This document shows, piece by piece, positions 51,652 to 64,000 of a stretch of DNA of 64,000 bases (position 1 is the first letter of the stretch; every line of letters begins with the position of its first letter). The position numbers and the translations under genes are program-made. The notes under the pieces are model-generated. The model saw nothing but the letters and a program-made list of their open reading frames with translations, ran no database searches and was not told the origin of the DNA. Location: contig NC_043019.1 of NCBI RefSeq assembly GCF_006345805.1, positions 23,621,360-23,685,359 of the forward strand. Reading direction: 5' to 3'. The stretch is from Octopus sinensis. Lineage: Eukaryota.

Positions 51652-54086
51652 CCTGACTTCAAATTCCATCGAGATCGACTCGTAGTTTTAAAGTACAAAG
51701 TCTCAATACATGTACTCTGCTCCAGCTTCCCAGTAACTCCTAGCCAAAGACGGATTGAACTAGCAAGGGTTAAATGTGTTGGTTAAGGGCATATGCTAGG
51801 AACATTTAGACAGGTTATAGACACATCCAGTACGCTTCACAATGCGTTATGTTAGACATCTTTTTTTGAAACATTATTCCAAGCATGTAACTGTGAGATG
51901 ATTGCATTTCGACATCTGATGTATTAGTAACGTTATTTCTGTGAAGGTTTTTACAACTCAACAATGTGGCCATAGACAAGCAAGCATCTGGAAAAAATAG
52001 AATTTGATGCATGTGTTAAACAAGTTCTGATTTACAAAATTATGTTATAAGTAGTGAAACCATACCCTGAGACCGGTTTCGTTGCAGTTTGGATTACGAA
52101 ACGAAAACGCTTAAAATTCATGCCTAGTAGATGTAATATTTTTTCATAAGTGAGCTAATAAGTATGCTTAAAACTTTGAAGTAGTTTACTTAGTCGCTAA
52201 TTATAGAAAAGCAGGGGATCCACTCAATTGTGATAGATTTCCTAAAGAAAGAAAAACAAAAAAAAGACATGCCAGGCAAATTGTCTTTCTTCGTTGATGT
52301 TTATACTAGCTGTATACAGCGGATATCGTTTACGCCGAGGATATTCAGTCGTCATGTGATTAATCATGTCAAGAACAGAAATAGCAACTTGATGCATTGC
52401 ACTTTTGTTCACAGTCATAAAAAGCTGTAGTGTATGTTTTTTTGAAATGAACACTGAAATGTTGCTTTGCTCTCATTACCACATTTTTGAAGAGACACGG
52501 CAATGGAAGGTTGGTGAAGATAAATATTTCTTTTATGAAGCGTGTCAAGACATTATAAGTCAATTAGGATATAAGTTAATAACAGCATGTCCTACCCTCA
52601 TGAAAGGAAGCCTCTCTGCCAACGACCGCTTGCTCATATTTTTAACATCTCAACATGATGCAGTCATTAGCTATTACCTCCCTCAACAATTGACTACCTC
52701 CTCCTCCTCCTCCTCCTCCTCCTCCCATTCTCTTCTCCTCCCCCTCTCCTCTTGTTAACCTTCCATAGAAGCAGGCCTCCATGGGACTTGCTTTTCTATG
52801 TCAATCATTTGTAGTTTTACAGGCTTGAGAAGTTCGGCGACAGTATTGTCATAAAACCTTTGGCCATGTTTGTATGTGGATCTCTTAGTTAAGCAACCCG
52901 ACAATGAACTGTATTTGTCACTGATATGCTTCGAGACATATCACAGTCTTTCAGCTTAGCCATCAAAGCTTGCGGCCATGCTGGAGCACTGCACCGTTGC
53001 CACCATAGTAACAGCCATGATAGAGCCCTGCATAATAGCTAGCATAACTTATCGAGGAACCTTTTTGTGGTCATCAAGAAGATAACCTATCTGCTAAATC
53101 ACTCCCAGGCCATGCTAGAGCACTTCATTGTGTTCTTCCCTTTTTTTAAAGATAGTGTAATCTCTTTTTAGGAGAAATTTGACTGCTATTTTTAGCATGT
53201 TGGACAACAGTTTAAAGGTTCCTTCATTGGACTGTGTTGCTGATATTTTGCCAAACAAAATTCTGATGTGAAAAACACTAAATATCGGATCGTTATGAAT
53301 AAGTATATACCTTGATAATCATCAATCTGTCTGTGTGTCTGGCTGTCTCTGCCCCACACACAGACATACCTTCATCCACCCACACACAAATAAAGGAAGA
53401 ATAAGCAGTCTTGGGATAAAGATTGCTGTAATCAGTTCTTATGCTGAAGCAGGAAGTGGTTCTCAAGTATCTCATGAGACACAGGGCTATAAGATGATCG
53501 TGTGAGAAATACTATAGACCACATGGTGAGCAGAGATGCTAATCATGTTATGTAATGCTCTCGACGAGTTCAGTTCTTCAACGATATTCTTCATCAGAGC
53601 TATTATAGCATTGTTGAATATATTTCTCAAATGTAGATATCTACTCGTTTCACAAGAAAACTCTATTAGTTGAAAATTCATTTTATGTTGCATCAAATTC
53701 AAGCGAAACAGGCGCACGTTTTCTAAGGGATGTTAGAAAAGAAACATCAGCTCTATTGTGGAATTCAGGTTGCTCATTCGACACATACTAGACATCAGAC
53801 ATTTTGATGTTTCTCTCGAACTCCACTCCCATCTCTCTCTTTCTCTCACTCCTTTCTCCTCTGAAAGCCAGCTTTCAAATTAACACTTGAGGCTGTTCGG
53901 TCTGATTGCCCTCCGCCCAAGTCTAAGCTAATATATATATATATAAATATATGAATGAGTGTGTATATGGGTATATATGTATACGTAAGTACCTGTATGC
54001 GCGCATGCGTGTGACTATAAATGCGTGTGCACCTGCGCGCACGTATGTGTTTGTTCATTTATATATATACATGTATATATATAAGA

Positions 54087-54320
54087 AAGGCGGCAAGCTG
54101 GCAGAAACGTTAGCACACCGGGCGAAATGCGTAGCCGTATTTCGTCTGCCGCTACGTTCTGAGTTCAAATTCCGCCGAGGTCGACTTTGCCTTTCATCCT
54201 TTCGGGGGTCGATAAATTAAGTACCAGTTACGCACTGGGATCGATGTAATCGACTTAATCCGTTTGTCTGTCCTTGTTTGTCCCCTCTGTGTTTAGCCCC
54301 TTGTGGGTAGTAAAGAAAAA
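54087..54320 (+). mobile_element. SINE family B, full length
   Basis: AAGGCGGCAAGCTGGCAGAAACG...GTGGGTAGTAAAGAAA. Confidence 0.93.
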
Positions 54321-54461
54321 AAAATATATACATGTATGCACACGCATATGCGTGTATGAATGCATTTACGGATGCGCGTGAGCTTGTATGTGTATATATG
54401 CATGTGTATTATTATAGAATTTTATCTTGGCTACCGAATAATTGCCACATATTACATTTAC

Positions 54462-54516
<55 letters not shown>

Positions 54517-54582
54517 TTAGATAACTTAGATATGTTTCGACCAAAGATTGACCCACGCCAATTACGCACACATGTAACTGGC

Positions 54583-54902
54583 ACTTCGTAGGCTACGACT
54601 TCGAGTATTCCAGTCGACCCGATCAACAGAAAAGCCCGCCCGTGAAATGAACGTGCAAGTGCTGAGCACTTCACAGACACGTATACCTTTAACGAAGTTC
54701 CCAGGGAGATCGAGCGTGTCACAGAATGTGGAAAGGCTGGCCCCTTTTGAATCCCAGATACAATTCATTTTTTCCAGATGAGTGGAACTGGAATAATGTG
54801 AAATGAAGTGTCTAGCTCAAGGACACAATGCGCCGCCGGGAATCGAACTCATGATCTTACGACTACGAGCTGAATACCCTTAACCACTAAGCTACGCGCC
54901 TT
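54583..54902 (-). mobile_element. CORE-type SINE, subtype C2, diverged
   Basis: Reverse complement of the family at 22151-22467 (AACCACTAAGCTACGCGCC; GCTCAAGGACACAA). Confidence 0.82.
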
Positions 54903-54926
54903 CTCACACACACATGCACACACATA

Positions 54927-55800
54927 CGAGGTCTGATCAATAAGTATCTGGACTGTTGCCATAGTAACGAAGCTAAAGCACGCAGAGTGGAGTCGCTTGG
55001 CACAGATTGACCTTGAACTCTGTTGTGCACGCGTACTAAGTTTTACCGTTGTAGCTAATTTCCGCTATTTACAGCAGTGTTTGGAAGGAAGGTGTGTAGC
55101 GAGTGATCGTTGCATTGACCATGACAGAGAAAGCTCTCATGGCGATACCTGCGCAAAGTTACAGAAAGTGCACGGAGAAGAGTGTTTGAGCCACACATAA
55201 GTGTACGAGTAGTTCTGACGTTTTCAAGATGACAAAAAATGTCGATAATAACGAACGTTCTGTGTGACCCACAACTAGCAGAACTGAGAAAAACATCGTA
55301 GATGTGCGTCAGCTGTGAGGGAAAATCGTCGAATCACCCTTCGTGAGTTATAAGAGAATGTGCAGATTAGTTACAGTTCAGTTTAGTCCATTATCACTGA
55401 CGATTTGGGTATGAGATGCGTGTCTGCCAAGTTTGTGCTCAAATTGCTTTCAGCTAACCAAAAGGACACTCGGGTTTCAGTTTAAAAGATCTCCTTGATT
55501 GTGACGAGAACGATGAAGACTGATAACTTTGCGTCGGCCTCTGGGCAAATCTAGCCAGGCTTTTGGAAAAATTTGATGCAGATTCTCTGCTAAACTTTCT
55601 TTGTCATTGTCAATACGACTATCACACGCTACACACCTTCCTTCGAAGCACTGCTGTAAGCAGCGGAGTGAGCTAGAACGATAAAACTTTGTGCATAGAC
55701 ATAGCAGAGTTCAAGGTCAATCTGTGCCAAACGGCTTTACTCTGCATGCTTTAGCTTCGTTACTATGTCAACAGTTCGGATACTTATTGATCAGACCACT
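54927..55800 (+). mobile_element. Non-autonomous mariner derivative with two inverted 5' ends
   Basis: TA|CGAGGTCTGATCAATAAGTATC...GATACTTATTGATCAGACC; inverted arms of about 200 bp; internal decayed transposase N-terminus (ENRRITLREL...IITDDLGMRCVSAKFVLKLL, cf. the WVP motif). Confidence 0.88.
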
Positions 55801-55879
55801 TGCATACAAAGATTAGCCTACAATCAAAAGCCTCACAGATATAACTTTCAAATAGTGAGAGTGCTTATGATTGAGACAA

Positions 55880-56700
55880 ACGGCACTGGGCAATCAGATA
55901 AGCGCTTATAGGTGTTTGATATCCTGTCACCAGTACAACATTGGTTCCATGGTTAAAACAGTATTTTCAGCCGTGCCTTCCGTGTCCAAATGGTATCAGT
56001 AATTTTTTGTATATAGAAGCAACATTATCGCAAGGCATATCGTTGGCTTGTGCTGCTGAATTCAACCATTTCGATGAGTTTGGTGCCACTTGCTATGGAC
56101 AGGTATACTTTCCAAGCAGATATTATCTTCCATCTGCCTAAAGATACAAAACTTGAGATAAATACAACAGTCGAATGGATCAGGGGAATCTGTAGAAGGG
56201 ACGAAATAGTTTCTCTCCTTCAAGACGTAGCTTTGACTTTTGTAAATACAATAAAGATAGAACCATGACTAATTGTTCCTATACTAAATGGAAGGACCTA
56301 ACACTGATTTTTGTTTAATCTGTAACTAACTGTACTGAGGAATGTTTTAATAAATGAAAACCTATAATCAAGATAGTTGTTGGCTCTCTCATATAAATGA
56401 GCTGAGGGTGTTCTTCAGACGTGAGTTTTGCATCAGCTGATCCTCCCTACCAACATTAATCTTTTGTTTCTTATTAAACACGAGAATATCATTCTTATTG
56501 TATTTGCTTTGGTAGACGACATTCCATCAAAGATTGCTGTTTTTTCTTTTTCTTATATATTTATAATTCTATGGAAACATTCAGAAATATTTTGGTTGTT
56601 TTGTGAAGACACTCCTTCGGCTGATGATATTGTAAACCTGCTCTGATAAGATCTTAATTATACAAAGGTAAGAAAGATATGCACATTGCACTGGGTAAGG
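55880..56700 (-). mobile_element. Heavily decayed RTE-like LINE RT remnant
   Basis: Weak minus-strand traces resembling EQAGF near 56640 and FxYLG near 56140; many disruptions. Confidence 0.4.
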
Positions 56701-56849
56701 TTTTGGTGACCAGGATAAAAGAATGAAGTCGAACATCTTTCCATAAAATAGAATTACTGGTTAATGAGGGTAGTCATGGTTTCTTTTTTAAATACTGCAG
56801 AAAACGTGAGAAGAGATTGAAACAGGATTAAAGTGTATTAATATTGGTT

Positions 56850-57062
56850 CCAAATTTTGGCACATGACCAGCAAATTCGGCGGGAAAGGGTAAGTCAATT
56901 ACATCGACCCCAGTATGCAACTGGTACTTGTTTTATCGACCCCCAAAAGGATGAAAGGCAAAGTCGACCTGAGCGGAATTTGAACTCAGAACGTAAAAAC
57001 AGACGAAATGCCGCTAAGCATTTTGCCCGGTATGCTAACGTTTCTACCAGTTCGTCGCCTTC
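56850..57062 (-). mobile_element. SINE family B, alternative tail
   Basis: CATCGACCCCAG...AAAGGATGAAAGGCAAAGTCGACC...GAATTTGAACTCAGAACG...CCAGTTCGTCGCCTT. Confidence 0.88.
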
Positions 57063-57915
57063 GATGTGTATTAAGATTACGTAAAAGCGTCCACGCACGC
57101 ACTGTATCCTTTCTGTGTTTTTTACCCCCATTACTATGATGGCTGGGCTCATACCATTTCCCCTCAGATATTTCCGACCCACATATCTCCCTTCGCTCAT
57201 CACACTTCTAATATCCTACCCCTACCCCAGTCTCCAAACCAACCACTACACTTAGTCCTTCCACCCACAAAACTTTGCCCCACTGAAATTGTCTCTTTCC
57301 CATAGGTGTTGCCTTATAAAGATTCAGCACCACCATAAATGGCATCTTACCCACCTCGGAAAGCTAATTAAGAACACAGCCACTTCCCATTCTCCGAGAA
57401 TGAAAAAAAAAAAAAACCATAAATGTATATTATTGGCAAAATGACTTCCAAGACTGTTAAAACACTCAAATGTTGTGTTTTACGATAAAACGACGTTTCG
57501 AATGATTAAATCTCGGCAACTCACGTGAATTTACGTCATTTGGCTCCAAGCCTATGATGTCAACTACTTGTCATTTAAAATTGTATTCAAAGTTTGTTTT
57601 CAGCAATGACTGATTTATTGGGTTGAACTGAGTGATAGAATTACTGATTTCCTTCTCTGTTACAAAACAAAAAATATGAAGTTCTCATTTTAGAAAAGCC
57701 ATTCTAGTAATATTAGTTATAAATCACTTCGAAGTTGTAAGCATAAGTATTTTTATTCACCGCGAAGGAATGTTTTGGGTGGATAACCGTCTAAGTTAAA
57801 ATAGAAGTCAAGTTTAACAACATTGTAACAACTGAGTTTCTGACTGTATGTATAATGCGTGCAATATCCTGGTTGAATTCAGCCGAGTTCAGATTGAAAC
57901 CAGAGAAATGTAAAC

Positions 57916-58306
57916 AGGCGTGGCTGTGTGGCAAGAAGATTGCTTCCCAACCCCATGGTTACGAGTTCGGTCTCATTGCGTGGCACCTTGGGCAAATGTC
58001 TTCAGCTATAGCCTCGGGCTGACCAAAGTCTTGTGAATGGATTTTGGAGGCGGAAACGGAAATAATCCCATCATATACATATGTGTGTGTGCATGTGATT
58101 GTGTGTGTGTGTGTGTGTGTGCCTCCTCTCTCCACGCCACCGATGTGGCACCAGTGATGTCACAACTGATATTTTACAACTGTGTGAACTGGAGCGTCGT
58201 GAAATAAAGTGTCTTGCTCAAGAGCACAACACAGTCCGGTCAGGGAATCGAACTCAAATTTTCACGATTGCAAGCCAGACGCTCTAACCACTGAGCCGTA
58301 CGCCTT
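57916..58306. mobile_element. SINE-A 5' half (+) joined tail-to-tail with SINE-C1 5' half (-)
   Basis: 57916-58075 family A head and body; 58125-58306 C1 head and CORE on the minus strand; junction in (TG)n. Confidence 0.8.
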
Positions 58307-60195
58307 CCCCAATTGTTGTAGCGTAACATCATTGTGAAACTGCCAAATGATTGGTTGTTTTGCAGTGCCCAGATCAATTATTTCAGTAAAAAAAAATGCT
58401 TACAGCTGGAATCAGTTTAGCCATGTGGGGCTGACCTAGGGCTAAATAGAATCAACAACAACAACACCAACAAACACCATCACTATAACAATACGGAGAG
58501 TGAAATACTAAAACTTTGGTGTTTTTATTTCGAGGGTTAAACCTGATATTTTTTCGTCATTTTCCTTTTCTTTTTTATTGTAATTTTTTTTGTAGAATTT
58601 TTTTTTTGTAGAACATTCATACAAACAAATTTCTTTTTGTATGTATGTGTGAATGTGTGAATGCATATACATATGTGTGCATGTATGTATTCTTCCTTTC
58701 TTTCACAGAATGTTCTCCAGGAAAGAAATCTACCACTGACAGGTGGAGGTCGTTCCTTTGACACCCTCTAGCAGCAGCAGCAGCAGCAGCAGTAGTGAGA
58801 GTAGCAACTTAATACCGTGTGATTCCATAATAAACACTTGAAGACGAAATCCAATCTTTCTCCTCCTACCCTTCTCCTCATCGTCCTCTTCCTCCTCTTC
58901 CTGCTCCACCTCTTCTCCGTTCTCGTCACCACAGTCAGCATCATCACTGTCATCTTTGTCGTTGCCTTGGTGGTATAGCGATCATGATGTTCATCTTCAT
59001 CATCATCATCACATCATCATCATCATCATAAATTATCATCTATCCTCCTCTTTTCATTCTTTCAAACTTTTCTTTCCTATTTTCGTTCTTCAGATATTCT
59101 CTCCCCCCCCTCTCTCTCTCTCTTTCTCAACTTTGATAAAAATCCCTCTTCCATATCTTCATTCTTCGAAGCATCCCCCATCCCCCCTCTCTCTCTTTTC
59201 ATTCCTTCAACTCATTGCTCCTCTCTTTACTCCCTATTCCCCACCCCTCCACCTAGTCCCCGCCACTCACTTTCTTTCTTCCCCATTATTCTCTTAACAT
59301 TTCTCCAGATATCTACCCAAACCTTCGCCAACTCCTGTATCTTCTTCCTTACCCTATTTTCTTTCTATCCCTCCTTATTAGTTGACATCACCCGGCCCCT
59401 CTCCCCTATATCTTTTTCTCACGTCCTTCATGAGAATATGCGTTCACTTTGATCTCAAACCGTCTCCTTTTCTTTATCCATGATGCAATGTCTCTGACTC
59501 TGTCCAATTAGTATTTTTCACTTCATGGTAGCCTTACCCCCACACAGCCATTACAGCATTCCACCCTCCACTATACTTGAAAATATTTCCTCTTTAAAAA
59601 GTATATTCAAAACATACTATCAAGGACGAGTGTCATAAATTCACATTCTTTACTTTGTAAGCTGGGCTTTTATGATTTTATCATTGGAAATAATAAAGAG
59701 GAAGTTAGTGTCGTTACGCAAGGGATTTCATGGTGTGTGTTTGGGTGTGTGTGTGTGTGTGTTTGTGTAAAATCTAATTTATACATTCGATTGCATTCGA
59801 ACGTGAAAATATCTTCTACTGTCGTAGGAGAAAAATGTTCATTTTGGACATATGTATGTCATTATTCAGTTTATTTCAAGATTTCTTGCCAGTAGAGAAA
59901 GGCTCTTTCATTGCAATTTCAACATCAACAACAGGGTATTTTTGTACGTATGTATGTATGTATGCATGTATATATGTATGTATGTGCAGATTTGTATGTC
60001 TCATGTATGTGTTCTCATGCATATAATTGCATATCTAGACATGCTCATATATATCTAAATAATAAACTTTTGGAAAGTCTTGCAGATTCTTACAGTTCCA
60101 GTGACGGATTGGATCTGTAGTCTTCGAATTAGCTTTCTCCTCTCTGGTTTTGAGAAGCCTAATTTCTCAAGATTGGTATTTAGGCAATGTGTTAC

Positions 60196-60226
<31 letters not shown>

Positions 60227-62069
60227 TGTATGTATGTATGTATGTATGTATGTATGTATGTATGTATGTATTTACACCCACACTTATATCAAAACGTGTA
60301 AAAGATAAGTGTGAACCGAATCCAATTTCTGGTTGCATTATGTCAGTTGAATGTTAGTATTATGTGAGTATTGTGTCAGTTGAATAATTTCCCATATTTC
60401 TTCTTATTCTGGGCCATAATAATAGCATAGTAATATCATATGTTGATGAAGGCTTTTACACGAGAATGTTTTTATTTTTCTCAAGGGTGGCGTGAGATCA
60501 CAATTTAAGAGGCTATGATACAACTAGTTCCATTTTGTTTTGGACTCACCACCAGACTTAGCAGATATGAAACCTCTTATCTTCTCATCTTTCATTTAAT
60601 TGGTTTGGTAATCATATAAAGTAGAATTAATCTTCATGTGGGATAAATCTACGAGCTACGTCCAACTGTTGGTTTCATTTCATTTCGTGTAGAGGTACCG
60701 GGTGTTGCTTGGGTGTCAAATAAATATAGAAACCACCTTTTTTTTAAAAATTAAATTTATATTACTAATTTCCTGAATAAAAAGAAAATGCAGCGATTAT
60801 AGACAAATTGTGCATTTGGCTAAAAAATCACGAAATTTTTTCTGGATAAAGTCAAAACAAAAAAATGTAATTTTAAAAAATCTCTACGTAATTATAGTCT
60901 TTGTGTTCGAAAATGAACCTGAAAAATATCATAAGAAATTTAGGAAAGCGGGGTGGGGTGAAGAAACGATGCCAGTAGGTTTACGTGAGAAAGACGGTTC
61001 TAATAATGAAGAAAAGAGAAAAGGAAATAATGTTTATAAATAACTGTTGTTGTTGTCATGGTGTTACTTTGTTGAACCCAAAGATATACATATGTCCTTG
61101 TCTCCGTGTCCGTGCTGAGCACGAGCATTCCAAATGGACACATATTACTCCAGAGAAATCTGAAATACTGTTTATTTTTCTCATTATTCTGGAATAATTT
61201 ATGTAGGCAGACTTCAGTAAAGATTCGTAGAGTAATTGTGCGATTTTTCTGGATAAACAGAAAAGATCAATGCTAATCAAGACACATCAAGTCACAAAGG
61301 CCAAAAACATTTGTACAAATGGGGAAAATGCAAATGTACAAAGAGGCGATCGAAAAGCAAAAAAAAAAAGCGTGTAATATGCAACAAACAAAAATAAAAT
61401 AAAACAGAGTGGTGGCATTTAGTCGAGATGCCCGGAATTTGTTGCGTTTCGATTACTATCGCATATAGCAGTGCCTTTCTTCAACTGAATACACGTCGTT
61501 GGTTGGTCAAAATGATCCAAATACGACAAATTTAACACGAAATAACTTCTAAAATACGAAATTTTGTCAAAAATGTTGAAAGTACATGGTGTTCAGCGTG
61601 AGAAATTACACCTGTGTACGAAGTCTCAAACTGTTTAGTTAAAAAAAAATACGTTAAAAAATCTGTGAGCGAAACTGAAGAGATCCGTTTACTTTAGCAA
61701 GCTCTGTAACTTAGAAACAAACTATCGACTTGGCATGTCACCTTCTCTATATCATTAACGCACACACGAAACACATGAGCGATGTAACATAAGCTGAGGA
61801 AATACAGGTGAATGTCATGCGTTAAGAACTGATTCTGTCAGTAAAGAATGGCTTTAGAGTATTGGCGGGGCGAAGCTTTTCCGATTGACCTCCAGGGTCA
61901 TGAAATCTGCGCTACATAAGTATAATATTTCATTGACAACAAAATGTTATCAAATCAGAGGAAGCACGGGGAGTGAACTTTTACAAAATAGAGGAATGAA
62001 ATATGAAGTATCGTGTTTCTAAATTCACTGTATGATCATGTTTAAATCAGTGATCTCACAAACGCCCAT

Positions 62070-62700
62070 CAGTCGTAGGGTGACTACAGTCACCCAGAAA
62101 TGGGCCAAGAGATAGCTATCCCTGTAAGCTCGGGCAGAGGTGGCTAACACGTATACCGCATCCGTCATCTACTATCGCTTGACCGTCGTGCCTTGTCCTG
62201 GCCACTGTCTGATTATGTTGGAGCGTATACTCTTTCGCTTCTTGTGGAAAGAACGTGTCTTGATGGTCAGGCGGTCTATCTGCTGTCAACACCCGCTGAG
62301 TGGTGGCCTGGGCATGCCGTGATTGATGATAGGTAGACATGCGTTGAGGCTACGACATCTCCAGTGCTTCCTTGATGGTGAACAGGTGTGGTCGCCGTTC
62401 GCAGCTAGTTTCTTTAACGGAACTGCAGTCCTGGGTAAAACAGAGACCGAGGAGGAGTATTTGGAAAGTGGGATGTCTTCATCCGCTCACATCCCTCAGC
62501 CAATCGGACACTGTGATAGGTGGAATGTCCACTTTAGCTTTTTATAGAGGATTAGTGGAAGAAAAGTGCGACGACGTTCTTGGAGAGACCTTGAGCGTCG
62601 AAGAAGAACTAGGCGCTCTTTTCCAGAGAACTTTCGGCCCAGGACCAATGGATGATTTCCAAAAATCTCTGTCTTGGTAGTGCTACCGGAGAGCTTTGCC
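62070..62700 (+). mobile_element. L1/Tx1-clade LINE ORF2 remnant (post-RT region)
   Basis: KWAKR*LSL*ARAEVANTY...LERILFRFLWKE...CQHPLSGGLGMP...FYRGLVEEKCDDVLGE...MDDFQKSLSW; GGLG motif, with stops and frameshifts. Confidence 0.85.
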
Positions 62701-63395
62701 TGTAACCTCCAACATTATGTGACCTGCTTGCTTTCCCTTGGGCTGCGTCTGAACATTGTCAAGTAGGAGGCAGTTCCAATGGTCCCAGAGTACTGGGGAC
62801 TCTGTGCGTAGCGTCATTGTGATTACGATGCATGCTAAGGTGTAGGAAGGACCTTACTTTGATATATAATCGATTCGAGGATGGTTTTGTTGAATGGTTT
62901 ATTTTCTTTGGTATACCATTTTTCTAAGTGTTTTTTTTCCTTCTGTTTTCCTTGTTGCTCGCCTGGTGTAGCCTGTGTATATTCTTTATAATAAAAAGTT
63001 TAAAAAAAAAGAATTGAAAAATATTCTTAGAGGTATCCTTCAACAACTTGTTTTCATCTTTAGAAATAAGAATCAGCAGCAGTGGATCGGTAAACATGTG
63101 GCGGAGATAATTTTTTTTTTTATTATATGAGAAACTTCAATTTATAGAATTTACGAATTTTTGACATTGGAACGAGATCCAGTTTCATGTACATGTAAGT
63201 CGATGTACATGTAAGTCATGTACATGTAAGTCGATGGAATCTGTCTATATAGAGTTCTCTTTACGCATAATCTGTTAGAGTCCTAAATTCCTGGAATAGT
63301 GTTATAAATAAATTTGTACTCACGAATACTCATAACGTATAATGTATAATTTAAATATTTTATAACTGGAGAGAGAACTCATTCATAACCTGAGA

Positions 63396-63469
<74 letters not shown>

Positions 63470-63572
63470 TCACACACATATATATGTATATATATATATG
63501 TATATGTGTGTATATGTGTGTATATGTGTGTATATGTATATATATGTATGTATATATATGTATCTCTCTCTA

Positions 63573-63632
<60 letters not shown>

Positions 63633-64000
63633 CAATACATTAAAATGTAGACAACGCATATACTTTAGGAATTCGTCTTATACATAGGAAGTATGTTCCA
63701 GAAGGTTATCTTATACATCTAATTAGATAACCTGCTGTTTTTTTTTTATTCCAGATTGAAGGAGATGGCTGTAACATCTCTTTGAACACGGCCTGCAAAA
63801 CACTGCTTGTCTCAATTGACTAGTTTGGGGAATGCAGTCGGGACGGGAAGAGAATCTGGATGTTTGCTATGCAATAAAGTTGTGTGTTAACCTGGGCAAA
63901 AACGTATGAAATGCTCCAGTCGGTCATGGATTAACTTGTATGAGCCGATCGTCTGTTTATTAAGAGGTTGAAGGACGGCGGGGGATGGAGGTGAGAGACG

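Noticed and set aside
60688-61750. Possible old minus-strand Helitron (TACCGGGTGTTGCTTGGGT near 60697)
   Set aside because: Only the hairpin resembles the family; no CTAG end and no definable 5' TC.
63186-63235. Three tandem ATGTACATGTAAGTC units
   Set aside because: Short local minisatellite with no evidence of function.

Overview
Eukaryotic, AT-rich, repeat-saturated DNA. The SINE types and very high microsatellite density point to an octopus (coleoid cephalopod) genome; this is my inference from sequence recognition, not a search. I can support no complete host gene, rRNA, tRNA or CRISPR array. Nearly all listed ORFs come from microsatellites or SINEs, and the rest are decayed transposon fragments. 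The window looks intronic or intergenic. It holds many tRNA-derived SINE copies in about five types (A, B, C1, C2, D), non-autonomous Helitrons plus a Helitron helicase remnant, L1/Tx1, RTE and Penelope-like (PLE) remnants, and mariner, Tc2/pogo and hAT elements. Most interesting signals: (1) SINE-B multimers with one head and repeated bodies, rejoined at a recurrent internal site and enclosed by a single TSD; (2) a scatter of minimal hammerhead-ribozyme motifs in short microsatellite-embedded elements, two sharing a non-canonical CUGUnGA core and one boxed by a perfect 66-bp inverted repeat; (3) several fold-back structures that could form dsRNA. Coordinates were read by eye and may be off by a few bases, more at degenerate element ends.
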